NCBI GenBank assembly: GCA_040954595.2 | Contig: CM082583.2 | Coordinates: forward strand, 10,119,656 to 10,183,655 | Direction: 5' to 3' | From: Balanoglossus misakiensis | Taxonomy: Eukaryota; Animalia; Hemichordata | DNA: 64,000 nt | In this document: positions 1-49,800 of the stretch, piece after piece | Layout: every line of letters starts with the position of its first letter | Numbering within the stretch: position 1 is the stretch's first letter | Program-made: the position numbers and the translations under genes | The notes under the pieces: model-generated | What the model was told of the DNA's origin: nothing | The model's input: only the letters and a program-made list of their open reading frames with translations | The model's database searches: none

Positions 1-145
1 AAGTTATTCAGGACACAGCTGAACTGAAATTGTGTCTCCTGTACTCCGATATTTGAATTTTTCACTTTCCGAGCCACCGTCTTGGGACATGTGTAACTTG
101 ATGACTTCTCCCCCCTCTTATTTTGCATGTGCGGATCAATTGCAG

Positions 146-18695
<18,550 letters not shown>

Positions 18696-21600
18696 AGTGT
18701 GACGTCGGGGGGGCTGCTGCATCTGTGGATGCAGACACCGGGACGATTGGGAAGAGGAGAGGAGGAGGAGTGGTTACTACGGTTACCAGGGAGCTGTGCT
18801 CAGCTGTGACGGGATAGCAATCTCTCTTTGCCAGCCAGTATTATATCAAAAAACTCTCTAGACCGCTTCAGTGTGAATTGCCAATGCGAAAAAAAATCAA
18901 TAACAAAATACACATCCGGACCACACTTTCAAGGAAAGAGTATTCATGAAATTATACTTGAAACTGGTGTTTTGGAAAATGTCTCTATCCGAATCAGTTG
19001 AAAAAAATATCACTGCTGGATATGGGACTCATCCTTGCATTCCATTAGCTAAAAAGGAATTTACATGAAAACAAAAGAGAATATCCATATGCCTGTAGAG
19101 GGTGCTCTAATATGGGGACTATATTTGTAAATATTAGGTATCTTGGAAATTATTCTTTAAAAGATTGAAGCATCTGTTTTTCATCTTTCTCTGAAGAAGG
19201 TGCATCATAAATGCTTTAAAAAAATACACTTTTTATGATCTATTCACAGATAATCTTGTTAAATAAATTGATCGCACCGCCTTTCTCCAGATGGCCTTGA
19301 GCTGTGAAGGATTATGTACCATGTATTTATGATCTTTTTTTTGTCTTTAAGTTATTAGAACATTACTACATTTACTACAGGGTTTCTTTTTTGGGGGTGG
19401 CTTCTTTGGTGTACAGAGGATTAGAGTGATTAATTGAGAAATTGCAATAATGAGGTCTAAATTATTTATGCAAGCTTTTTTCAACTTTGACTTGGCCTTG
19501 CACACACAGAAGAACGATTGAGTCGTACTTGTTCTCAGATTTTGCACAGTTTAGTACTTAGAATGCTTTTTGTTTCAGCCATGCCAACCGGTAGTACTTA
19601 GGACAAAACACTTAGGTAAAATAGAAAGTTGCGTTAGGTTTATTTGAAGTCGCAGCAATTAATATGGAAGATTTCAGCCCGACTGTTTCGATTTTTTGAT
19701 AACAGTTCACATCATTCAACACACGTACTTTACATGATATTATCAGAACACACTTGGGGTTAAGTGGTGAGCATTTCTAACGTTACCTTTTAATACTTTT
19801 CTACTTACGATTATTTTTTCACAAAACCTAAACCAATCTCATGCCAATCATCAAAGATTCCCTCACTCAGAATATAGTCCCATCAGCCGTTAAACTACAA
19901 TGAGTACGTACTTATAGTGATATTCAATCATGATTACTTATCCACTCACAATACTTAGTTTTATTTTGATGACTTCAGAAATACCAGTAGATGTGTGGGG
20001 AACATCACAGGTCATAGGTCACAAGTCAATGGTTGTTACTTTAAAAACAAATTATATTCAAATTTATTATATTGAAGTATATTCATTAAATATGATTATT
20101 TTTTTCTTAATGTATATTTAGTTTCATGAAATGTGGTAGCCACTTCAAAGTGTTTATTTAGAAGTGTCGTATTTATTATACTTACTATGAAATGCAAGCT
20201 CAAAGTTTAGTGGGTAGTATAGTACTTCCAGTCGGACATAAGGTGTTGCAAATGGCCAACATAAGGGGATGTAAATTGAATATAATATTTCATTTACAAA
20301 TGGAGGACGAGCATGTAGCGTGGTTGGAGAACGGACATTATGCTATCCTGAGACTCTTTCACTTGTCAACTGTCGTTTCGTATCATTTACAAGGCTTTAA
20401 AGGCACACACAGTACCAACGACTCAGTAGGCCACTTTCATGACCCCTGTGCGACCTTTGCATCCTGGCATTTTGCTGGCGTGAAGTTTGTATTTTGATTT
20501 TGAACTCTGGAAGAGTCAAGCATGCTGTTAAACGTGTGCAGTCTAGTCTAACACATCCCAGAACAGAAATAAAATTTGAACTTTACAGATGCGTGAATGT
20601 TATTGCTTGTAACGTTCAATGTACGATGTCATACCAACCACTAACAGACCAGGATGTAAACATCACCCCAGGGGTCTAGAAAGTGGCCTAATACTGCATA
20701 CACATATCGTGACACACACAGTTGATTTACATACCCCGAGGGGGTTGCATTGCCTCAGTTGCAATAAAAGAGTGTGTATCAGCATCACCCATAGACAGAG
20801 ACACATCACAGCATTCACTTTGTTTGGACCCATAAACGAATTGTGTATACTATTAATCTACCTTCTACCATTTACATACCAAATATTAATTATTCCAGAA
20901 TGAAATTCAACCTATTAATCTATAATGTATTTAGTTATTGGTTTCAGTTAATTACTAGTATTATTATTATTATTTAATTATATTTATTAAGATTTATTAA
21001 CTTACAATATAGCTGATTTTCCATAAGGTTGACAGTATATATTAATACTATTACAATAATGTATATAACAACAAAAAGTATCCAATTGCAGGTCAGACTA
21101 ACAACATCAAGATCCAACAGAGATAAAACATAGGGAAATATCCATTGCAATGGCGAAAGAAATACAGGACTGGTGTAAAAGTAAACATCAACAAAAATCA
21201 TGAAACCTACAATTAAAAGTAATGAAAAAAATATTTAAAATATTAACATTGTCAATAAGCCCTGTAAAAATGTGTTTCATCATTCCTTGTTTTCTCTGAA
21301 ACGTTCTTGGATATTTGTGTTTTAAGTTGGGTTTTTTTCAGGTATATATTATTTGAGTCTTGCATTTGTGTTCAGTTATAGTGATAGAAGTCTGAGTAAT
21401 ATTTTATGTGAATTTTATGTTACTAATCACTACCAAGCGTATTTGACCGGTTGTACACTAATATCCAGCCATCATGATCAGTATTTAACCCCCAGAATTT
21501 GACTAACTTAACGTAATTGTGGTGAAGGCATTCCAGTTGGCCCTATCAAATGGATTAACATGTTTTGAGACTATTTCAGATTCAGGTTTATAAAGTTGAT

Positions 21601-23646
21601 TACATGGCTGAGACTGACTCGCATTCAGATTCAAGTTTTAAAAACAGTTATCCAACGTCTAAACAATCAGGTGGGAGAATAATCAATTTGAGCAGTGACT
21701 TCATTTGGACAAGTGAATTGGTCCGTCCAGGATAGCTTAATGTCGTCCAACAGGAACTGAACATAGAATTGTACATCTTTCACTCATCGACAATTGATTC
21801 TCTGTAAATTTATTTGTATATATTACGGGTTCACATGAAGCTATTCCACCAATCATAATTGTGCTGTGCACGCAAAGTTGTTTACGAGAAATGATCTTCA
21901 TTTTTTTGGCACTGCAGCAGAAACTTTTATCATTGTGTTCTGAAATCTGAGTAATAATGTTGGAAGTTTTTTGGTGGGTTACATACAGTGTCATATTTTG
22001 ACGTTTCTTCAAATACTACAAATCAATCAGCAATACACTTGAATGCTTTTCATTGTTGATTTTTTGATGTACTTCATGCAGTTTTTATGTGATTAGTGTC
22101 AATGTATGTAGCTGTGTAGCTGATTATATTCATTCATTCATTCCATGGCCTTTGTCAGACCTTTCCCGGTTAATACGGTTCATAAATTAACCATTGTTAG
22201 ACCTTTTTAAAAAGAAATACAGTTCATAGAATAATCTAGAGTGGTGAATGTCCTGTTGAAGGGCACCAAAACTGCTGGTGATGCATAGACATGTATTTGA
22301 GCATTAAAAATATATTTTGAATCATTTTTTTGGTAAATATACCGGTACCTTATTTGCGACACGGCTGTCAATATTTTAAACATTCCTGTTCCAAATTGAT
22401 AAGTGAGTACTCGTATACATCATCATATCGGCTGCAGTATTTGGGGATTGCTCATCTGGACCAAAGCTCAGACATTAAATGACTAGAATTCTCGGTCCCT
22501 TTACTTACTATCATTGATTGATTTGTGAACCGTTGAAACTGTGGGTTGCCTTAATCTTTAGGTCATTCCTGGGTTCATAGGTCAGTTATATAAACATCAG
22601 GTCATCACCCTGGCAATATTCTGTAGCTGTAGTCGGCTGTGTCATTCTAGCAGGGATTTCTACATGTGCCTTTTTCTCAATCAACAGTATCCACCATGCA
22701 TTGTTAACCCAATATCCTCAAACCACTTCGGTGATATCAATGTTTGTAGAAAACGTTATTTGTTGTGGGTACAACTGGAATTTAGCAAGTAGTAACAGTT
22801 TGATTTTTTCGGGGGTGCAAATAAGAAAATCGGTTATTAACGTTGTGTACTTCTTGACAGTTCAAATAAAATGAAAACTCATCATGTTTAATATTCTTTA
22901 TGTGAATCATATTTGGTTGAACCACCTTTCCTGTACCATAATCAGTAGAGCAGAAATTTATATTTTGGGTTTGTTGCTATTTGCTGGATACCAGTTGTAG
23001 TTGGAGGGAAAGACTTAACTAGCAAGTGTTAAAATTTCAAGTGAAAATTCTCTGCCTCAGTTCAAATATTCACAAAGATCGTAACTTCTCTGTCCAAGAT
23101 GCCAGACTTGGAAAGATTCCCCACTCTGGAAGGGGGGTGGGGTGAACACCAAGAATTGTCATTCTTGGAAGTGTTTCCTTTTTTTATAGTCTCTATCATG
23201 TACATGTAGCCTCTGATGGGTCAAGTTAGACTCAAAATGTTAAGAAAATTATGAACAATTTAAAAGGGGGAGGGGGGTAATGCAAGTTTTTTGTAAAAAT
23301 CGTGTTTCGAACACCGTACGTTATTAAACCTTCCAAGGTGTTTTTCAAATCGTGATCCTTAGGGAGGGACAATTTCTAGGTGCCAAAAAATGGTCATTAT
23401 GTTGGATAGTAAGCCATACATGTAGCTTAGAAGAACAGAACCCATAAAATATGGTTACGTAGCAGAGGTTTTCATACGACACGAAAAAGTATAAAATTGG
23501 TTTGACTCGTCATTCTATCAAATTTGTGTGAAGAATCTGTCAAAGGTGTAATCCAGAATACAGCGATTGCAGGCGATGAAAATGGTTGGATATTGTTTTA
23601 GTCAGAATTAAGCCTCATCACCACAATGTTCACAATGAAGCATTTG

Positions 23647-23652
23647 AATAAA
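23647..23652 (+). promoter_or_regulatory. Candidate distal polyadenylation signal (AATAAA) of unc-13
   Basis: AATAAA followed by U/GU-rich cttgtttttgtcgg. Other AATAAA hexamers occur earlier (e.g. 20763, 22865), so the true site is uncertain. Confidence 0.25.
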
Positions 23653-24294
23653 ATTCTGGATTACACCAAAGGCTATTCTTATCAACTTTGATAAATCTGA
23701 CTTGTTTTTGTCGGCTACACATAAACACTAAAGATGATGGTGTTTCTCAGTCCCTGTGTTGCAACAACTCATTTTGTACCTTCAGTCTAGTTGAATGAAC
23801 ACAGCGACTGACAAACAAAATCACATCACACATTATCACCCCATCCCAGAAAAGTCATTTTGTACATACACATCATTTTCCATCTGTTCCTACAGATTTT
23901 TTCACCTCCTTAAATATCCAAATTAGTATTTCAGAAATTTGCTAATTCCTTAGTGCATTAGTCCAACTCACTACCACACTGTGATTGTACTTTCTTTCCT
24001 GGGAATATTCAAAGGGTTTACATTTTTCACTTTGGATGATACTGATTTTATTTTTTGTTTTTCATTTGTACAAAATCTAATAAATCTCATGAAATTGCCT
24101 GATCATGGAAGGTTTCTTGTCTTTGTCTGTCCCCTCCCTATCTCTCTCTCTCTCTGTCTGCCTCTCGCCTCTCAGACTTGCTCTTCCTCTGTACAGACAC
24201 CACACTCTGCTCAAAATCTGCATTTATCAGAGACGTTGGACCCGAACGTCGGTCAACATAAACAGCACTAACACATTGTTGTAGAATTATTCAT

Positions 24295-24300
24295 TTTATT
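24295..24300 (-). promoter_or_regulatory. Candidate polyadenylation signal (AATAAA) of the SRCR/Ig receptor gene
   Basis: tttatt on +, about 930 nt past the stop codon, followed on the - strand by a GU-rich tract (tgtgttagtgctgtttatgttg). Confidence 0.4.
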
Positions 24301-25233
24301 CATCATCCACTGCCACTCTCATAACAGTAAGTCTCTCAAAGGAAAGATGTAACATTGACAAAAAAATCTCTCAATAAGAAGTATGAATCTTTCTTGAAAA
24401 CTAAATATGCACATGTATGCTTTAACCCACCCTGGATCTAATGGTTTTCAAAGGCACTGGCAGACCACTTACTTAGCTTTAGTGTTAATCATTTTTACTC
24501 ACACATACACACACATTAAATTCAATATTCCAAAATTGCATTGTCTGTTGCAAGTGTTAACACATTGAAAGGCTGTGTGATTGACAGGATCATGGAAGCG
24601 CTCACACTGACCGACCATTAGGGCAACAGTATACATGTACCGTACATGTACATGTATGGCTGTAAACCTAAAGACTTAATTGCCCCAAGTCTGTTTATCA
24701 CAAAATCAAAGCAAATTGTTCTGGCATCATGCTTCAAGATTTACCTGAAAATAACTGTTTACACTGTGTTCACATACATGTATGGTCAGTCAATACCTGC
24801 ACATTAAAACACACCTCAAACATCCAGCTACCCTGTATTGGCTTAAGATTACATAAATCAAACATTAATGTTTACTTTCATGGATGAAATAAATAAATAA
24901 ATAGATACATGTAGGTTAGTTGTACTTTTCTCATCCATGCATTCTTTCTATGAATACATGGATTGCTGGATCTCAGCCATAATGCCACGAAATTTAAATT
25001 TCTTCACTTTAAAGCATGTATTTCAGGACTCTAAAGGACTATTTCGGCAATTTTCAAGGAATAGGTCACAATGTCACAATCCAGGACCCTTAACATGCAC
25101 AATGCACAATAGAAATTTTTGAAAAGTTTAAACAAAACAGCATTATAAGCAAAGGCTGATAGATAAAGTTTCGGGCATTTGAAAATACTTTAAGAGTTTT
25201 TAATAAAAAAAATAGTAGTTTTGATGAGTTAAC

Positions 25234-42360
<17,127 letters not shown>

Positions 42361-43821
42361 AGTCGACGGAACTTGAACACAGAAGTGTCCCGACAATTTA
42401 TCACAGAATTGTGTAAACCGTTAAAGTAGTTTTAAGGTCGACTAAAAAAGACTGTTTGTCAGCGTCCTTCCACGCAGCGTGCGTTTGTTTAAGGAAAAAG
42501 CTTTTACCGAAAAGAATGAATTGCTTTTCCTCGGTGGTATGTATTTCCGCTGTCGCCCAGCGTGGCAACAGTATTGGTGTCGGTCTATACGTATACTATG
42601 CAGTTCCTTGAGACGGACTCAGGTTAGGTATAAGACAAATTGAGAGAACGACGACCGAGTTGAACAAATTGTTTTCAGTCGCACAGATCTGACGACGTTT
42701 TTTTTATCAAAGCGGCGACTCGTCGAAATGAGCTTTGTGAGCAGAAATGCGGTCTCGCCGGCTCGGTTTGTGTATATCGTGGGAGGTCTTTTGAAATGCT
42801 AATTTCACTTGACGTGAGTTAGCTGATGCAATCCCAGTTTTGAACGGATCCCACATTATCACGATGACGGCGTCCTTTTCCGTCAGCCACGGGCAAACCT
42901 TGAACAAATAGGAAGTACGATATATAGATTGCTGACGCACGTGAATTGCCAAAATTAAGGGACTTACAGTTAAATATCCCTATTATTTTTAATGAGCTCT
43001 GCAAGACATACATGTATTATATATTAAATATGTGAATGCGGTGACGACGAAATGTTCCGGTGCAAATAGGTTGACACATGTCAGGAAAACCACCAATATT
43101 CTAAGTCTACGGGGTTATTTCGGGTTTTTGTATAGTTGCGTCCAAAGTTTCTGTCCAGAATTGGACTTCGCGTGTACTGGTACCTGGAAAAAACACCTTG
43201 CCATCGCCAGTTGGTATATATGGAGAGGGATGGACCACTTTAAAATACTGTACCTACGGCACATATGATATGCGTGTTAAATCGGAGCGGTCATAGTTAG
43301 GATTAACCCAGGGGAGGGGGGCAGGTTGTGATTACACCGAGTCACGACTGTCAAATACTTTTGTGTGCGCGGGTTCTCCGCGCAGACCTGGATATACTAG
43401 TACATGTATATACTCCCCAACTCACGATGACACAGCAATTACATGTAATTATCGGTCTGTGATGAATGATGGAAAATGTTCTTTGAGGATTCAAGTATCA
43501 ATTGTAAATGCACTATGCCTGAAATCTTTTCTTCGTGTGTCGATTCAACGTGACTTGGCATTTTGACTTCAAAAACAAACACTTCAACGCCCAGGTGGTA
43601 ACACTCCCTGGGAAAATGGACACTCCATGCAACCTTGTTCCGCAAAACTTGAAGATACCGCCCTTTCCGAATCTTTTCAACAAGAAGACACTCTGATTGT
43701 GATTAATGTGAGAGAACATTAGATCTTTCAAATGTAAAAGCGTATACGAAAACGAAGGCAAAGTTTCAGTCTGGCACTAGATGGAGACGTACAGAGTAGC
43801 ATATGGGTCCCAGCCCAGCAA

Positions 43822-43897
43822 GGTCCCCTGCCCCATTCCCACGTACCGCTGGCTGGGCTGTGCAGCGCAGCCAGCGGTGGAAATAGGGCAGAGGACC
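43822..43897. repeat. GC-rich inverted repeat / hairpin
   Basis: ggtcccctgccccattcccac..ccgctggctgggctg-tg-cagcgcagccagcggtggaaatagggcagaggacc; arms pair almost throughout. Confidence 0.65.
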
Positions 43898-46800
43898 AGA
43901 CTATATTGGTTCTAGTTCTGTCTTATCGTTTGCACGTTTTCTCGACGTGTAAATCCAAGACAGGAGAAGATGCCAACGAAAGCCATAACTCCCTCTCGGT
44001 AAATAATATCTTAATATATATTCCATCTGACAGGAATAAATAATATCATCTGACAAGTGAAATATATAATGTATCCCTGGAATTTTAGGTGTTTGATAAA
44101 CCAATGTGAACCTAATCATCAAGGAGGCTCAGCAATTGAATACTTAAAAAATAAATCAATAAATAAATCAATAAATAAATGAAAAAATCAAGTGTTCCCA
44201 GTACAAATGCATCTCTTGACACCGGCAAAGATTTGTTGAAGATTTTCATAAATCAAAATCCGATGCATGATATACCACAAGGGTTCAAGTACGTACTAAA
44301 CCAGTTTCTTACTTTGTGCGACAACTTATAGGTAATGTGTACTTTTAGGGCTACGTCCAATTTAAATTTACTCAAATCACCAATATACTTTATGGCTGGT
44401 GAGATCGTTTGCGTCAGGGGCGGTGTATTAAGGTGGCTAAACACCCTAGAGCGACCAGTTCAAATTTGTAGTGACGTGATGGAAATCTCAAAGTTATGGC
44501 GAAATCAAATGAAGTAGACAACCAGGATTGAAGTCATTTTAGAGACATGGCTCATAGAGGCCTAGAAATGGAATGCTAGGATGTCGTTGACCCATTTCCT
44601 GTGACATAGTTCCCCTAACAGTTTTCTAAAAGTGTCGAGACGAGAGAGAGAGCTCTGATGGCACATGTGCATCATGGTGTTCGCGGATTCTCCACCATGT
44701 TAGAGCGCCGCCATACGATCGACAGCAGAAGGTCGGTAGTTATTGTGTGACACCGAATGATCCCTAGCAGATATGAATGTAAATGGAAACATACTATTTT
44801 TTAACTAAAATTAATGGCCACGAAACGGCCAAAGTCAACACATGAAAAAGGAGAACTTCAATAGATGGATTTGATGGTTATATCAGGTATGACGGCGTCT
44901 TTAAGTTTCAGTTAAATGTCAAGACGCAAATGGCAAGACGTAAAACAAGTTGACAGAGCACAGTGTCAATATAACTCCTCGAGTACCGACAGAGAACTCG
45001 AATGCGCGTCACGAAGGAGAGAGATCTTCGCGCTATATGTAGAAAACAATCTCTTTGACGCTTACCGTCATTTGATGGGAAAGACATTAAACAAACTTGA
45101 TGTAACGTTGATTCCCTTCCCATTGGAATCGGCCATTTAGGACTTCCATCTGTTTAGCGGACGCCACAAGGGAACGTGTTCTCTGTACGCGAAACGTAAA
45201 TTTATCGATTCTCGGCACGGCCGGGCACAATACATGGGGGGACTGTTGCAAGTAAACGTCTCCGTTGGTTGTTTCCCCACGCACCGCATATCCACCGCAA
45301 AGACGAGGAATTTACGGGAAAGGTGTCTTCGGAATGCTGGAAAATTGACACGGACTTAAGACTCGTGCAGTGCATGTAATATGCGCTAGAAGACACGCTG
45401 TTGATTGAGCAGCTAACATTTTCATTTCAGCCGCCAGATTTTGAGCAACTCTTTGTAATTGACTGAACTCAAAATATCATGAGATTTTCCGAGCTATTTC
45501 CGTGCAAACAAATCAAATCAAATCAAATCAACTCACGATCAAATACAAACGAACTTCATCCATGCATCGATTGCATAGTTCCTCCGTTTATATTTCTTGA
45601 AGCTTGTCAGTACATGTAATTGCCGCAGGGTAAAAAAAGCGACGCGCCACTGCTAGTGTTCGTCTGCGTTTGCGAACTGATTGCAACAGTTTGATAATGG
45701 ACCGAACAACCGACAAATATTAGTTGTAGATTCTCAGCGTGTATTGAGCAAATGCCAAGAGGCTGCTCGATTTATTCTTGCAAGTTGTACAGACCAGGCA
45801 GATGACTTGACAACATATTCATCATGGACATGAAATAGTCAGTGATTGATTCAGCCTTTTTCTTTGTATGTTCTCGGTTCGAACTTTTACAGCGCTAGAT
45901 ACGCAAAATTAAAGGGAGTTCGCAGAAATTATGGAAGGCGGGCCTGTTGAGATTGTCTGTCAAAGTACAATGTAACGCACATTCTCCAACGTGGAGCGAA
46001 ATTAAATGTGACCTTCCTGTGACGTGGCCCTTGTTTATGTATGAAATATGCAAATGGTGCGCTCCATAATTTTTTTCCACTGACCCGACCCTCTTACTAT
46101 AATTAAGTACATCTAAGGGAAATCTTCACTTCTGACACCAGCTCGTTTATTTTGGGTTTTGCAATTCAAATTTTGCCGAATCATCCATTTCTGTTGGTGT
46201 CAGACTATGAAAGTAACTGTTACTCCTTTCTCAGACAGCCTAGACAAGCAATTAGGGTCACGTATAGGCAGGGTACCAGCCAATTTAGTGGATACGTGTA
46301 CAGGGCGTACAGGTGATGAACCAGATGACGTCGTGGTATGTTTGGCGGCTTCAGACTAATTTAAGCTACACCCATTTTCTGTGTGGTCCAAAATGTTATT
46401 CTATTTGCGCAGGGTTTGCTGCCAGAAAATTAGGTTGATTTTTTTTTGTTGAAGTGAGAGAAGGACATGCAGTGAGAGCCGAATCTTTCAAATCCCCAAC
46501 AAAGCATTCAAGTCACACACCAGCTAAAGATGGGTCGAAGGTGAGAATCCTGACCCCTTAGCCTTTCTATGCATATATGCGGGTTTTGAAAAAATGATAT
46601 GCAAGTCAGTCGAATATGTGCGGCGTGACGTGGATTTCGTGGAATGAGATTTCTTTTGTAAATAGGCAGCAGACTCGCTCAATAGTTTTGTAGAAGGACT
46701 GCGATTACTTGAGACACGCATGGAACATATGTCTTGAGGGAATCTATCTTGCCAACTCAAGAGTAAATTGAAATACTAACCAACAGCTTACAAAAAGTAC

Positions 46801-49800
46801 CAAACCCTTTAGCCTGAGGTCGATGACAATCGCACGCCAACAACACGGGATTTGATTTCAATGAAAATAACTGTCAATTGTGAGATCATGGTCTCGTTAA
46901 TGGATTCGGCAGTTGCTGGTAAATGTACACTGCAAAATTTATACAGCTGGTTAAAATCTGTCCAAAGTCATGTTCACATTCAGCGTTTCATATAGAACCT
47001 TGTCGCAAATACTACAGAATGCTTCACATTTTAGCGGGCCTGGCCAATCTACATGTAAATTTCTACCATCTTGGGGGAAAAAACGCTGACACAATCAGAC
47101 GCTTGTATTCGTCTCACGTTGCAGTGGAGAACAGGTTCGATATCGTCTGAAAAGGGGAAACTAATTTATACATTGAAAGTGCGCTGGAAATCATTCGATG
47201 GTTGAACCTTAACACTTAATACACGTATTAAGGTCCTTTACGCAACTGAACCTACCCACGCTTTGTTCGCACATATGGGCATATACGCACAAGTGTAGAA
47301 CCTATAGCGTCGTGCAAACTCGGACCAGGAAACGATTCATTCCGAGTGTTATTGCCCTTACGTCACAGTCGGTGTACAAAAGAGTCTTCTGGATCTGAAC
47401 AAACCACACACAGGAAGACTAACAATAGGTTGCACGCCACTTTGCCGTTCCCATTGTGTAGCGCACGTACACATTGTACATGGAACATACAACTTGTATA
47501 TCTGACATAGACGACAGAAAAAGATAAGCACTGAAGCAAACTCAGCAAATGGTTTGAGTGACATCGTTCAACCTTTTTAATCAAAGGGTACAAATCTGGA
47601 TACCCTCTGAATACAAATGCTGATCGGAGTCCACTCAAATCATTGACCAAAGTTGGTTTTGCTAGTTCCTATCTCTTTGTCACCTATGTTAGGCAATTTG
47701 CATGTTCCATGCACAGATTGAAGTGTACATACTGTACTTGGAAACGGTAAAGGGATACGCAACCACTGGCTCCATCGCACACTGACCGATACGTATTCTG
47801 ACAGGCATTGTTACGCTCCAAAAGATCTCTTGTCGTTTAATCGACGCTTTACGCTTCGTATGGATTACCAATACTTTTGTACCCAAATCATACCACACGC
47901 CAGTTAGCATCAATATACGTCGAACATTTTGAAATGCTATCCCAAAGATTCAAAGACTAAAGTTCATTTGTGTATAGAGGTATTAAATGCTTGATTGCTA
48001 AGCCCAGAATGATTTAAGTATCGCTATTATATTCTATTCTAGCGACCGAAAGGGTCGTTCCATATAATCCTACGTGCGATTATCAAATTTAGTTTACATC
48101 CGTTTCAAAATTACACAATAGAGTGATTACTGTGTATCATCTCCAATGCGTACCGTTCCCTTGGCAACCTGTAGGCGTCGGTACTTGCGTCACATTCGCA
48201 ATAATCTAGAGAAAACAGCCATTGAAAACCCATAATGCGTTGGCAAGTCAACACCCGGGGAAGAACAATTGAATACAGTTGCCATGACAGCGATGGCACC
48301 AGGGAAAAAACATCGCGCGACAAAACCATCTGTGTGAGGTACTTCAATTGTTACGGTGTGTGACACGTTTGTTCGACACCTGTCTATATAATCTTACACA
48401 CATTGTTAGGGTACAGCCACTTTACTTTGGTCACGCTAAAATATTATTGATATGAAATCCTTGAAATGTCATGGGCAATTTGGCCCAAAACACCTGGGTT
48501 TTAGAATTTTGGCCTTTTTCAGATTTTTCAGGCTTTTTGATAAACATCGATTTGCTGAATGAAATAAGAGATCTCATAAAGATAAGCGAGACTACCTGTT
48601 TTACTTTTCATACACATTTCTCTAGTGGTTTTTCTGGTGAAGCTTTATCGCCAACTTGATTTAGATGTTTAAATGCGCATGTCTGTCTACTTCTGCTCAA
48701 TGCTGTAACTCCGCATGAAGTATGCATGTTGAATCCCGTTCGTCTTTTTACTAGCCCGGGGGCCCCAGTCTAAAACACGGCGAACAATGAACCGCAAACG
48801 TTACCATATGTTTTACAGTGAATAGGCCAGGTAAACAACCGTTACTGCAAAATTTATGGTTTTATACACGAAGCTATTAACGTTGATTTTAAGCAGTATG
48901 TTTTGTCGTCGTTGCGTTCTTTTCCATCAGCGACAGAGGTCCATCAGACTGTCCTTTGAGCTCACCGACAAGGCGACTGTCGGCAAACGATCAGATGTTG
49001 AAAATGTTCTTCACGAGGCTCGGGGGAGGGCAACGTTCATCAACTCTTAGCATAAAACAACGCTGTAAATTCAGGAGCTCTTTTTCACGGCAAGGCGCAA
49101 CTATGCACCGAGGAAAGGAAAAGATGTAAATCGTCTAAATCATTGATAGCCTGGTCAATGAATTTGTTCAGCACGCAGACTAACGAAAGGAGCAGAATTT
49201 GGCAAGACTACAAAAATAAAATCAAAGAATATCTCGAGAGCAAAAGCTTCCCATTATATGCTACATGTAGATATAGCGTAATATTTCTAAACACCTGGTA
49301 TCACTTCTTGGTTTCAGACTAAGTTCATATATCTTTCTTTCATCGGTTTGCTGGTACGACCATTGTGCACATGTATTTGCTGTGATTGTTAATCGCCTGG
49401 TGTGCGAGTAATACATGTAATGCATCATGAACGTGACAACTAGAGTTCGCAACCCCTAACTCTAATTATTGCTCTTGGTCCAATTTTGCAGAGAGAACCT
49501 TCACTCCAACTCATTTTACCACAGAGGATTGGGTTTCAAGTCATCGGTAGGCACACAGTCTCCCTGACCGACGTGAAGAAGGATGACCTTACCAGATGCA
49601 TGTGTTAAGGGTGGCTTTGGTTGCAAAGATGCGTTCAGCCGACGAATGAGCTTGAAACTTGATAGCTGTCACTCAAGGTTACTTTCTGGTAGGTGGATGT
49701 TTCTCGTTTAGTCCATTATCCCCCCCCCCCTCGAGAGACGAAGCTTCTTGTCTAGCTATAACAGCGCACACTTTCATATTCTTGATGTGAACTGAGAGGT

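Noticed and set aside
43439-43761. Short ORFs that might be a retroelement fragment
   Set aside because: No reverse transcriptase, endonuclease or transposase motif recognisable.
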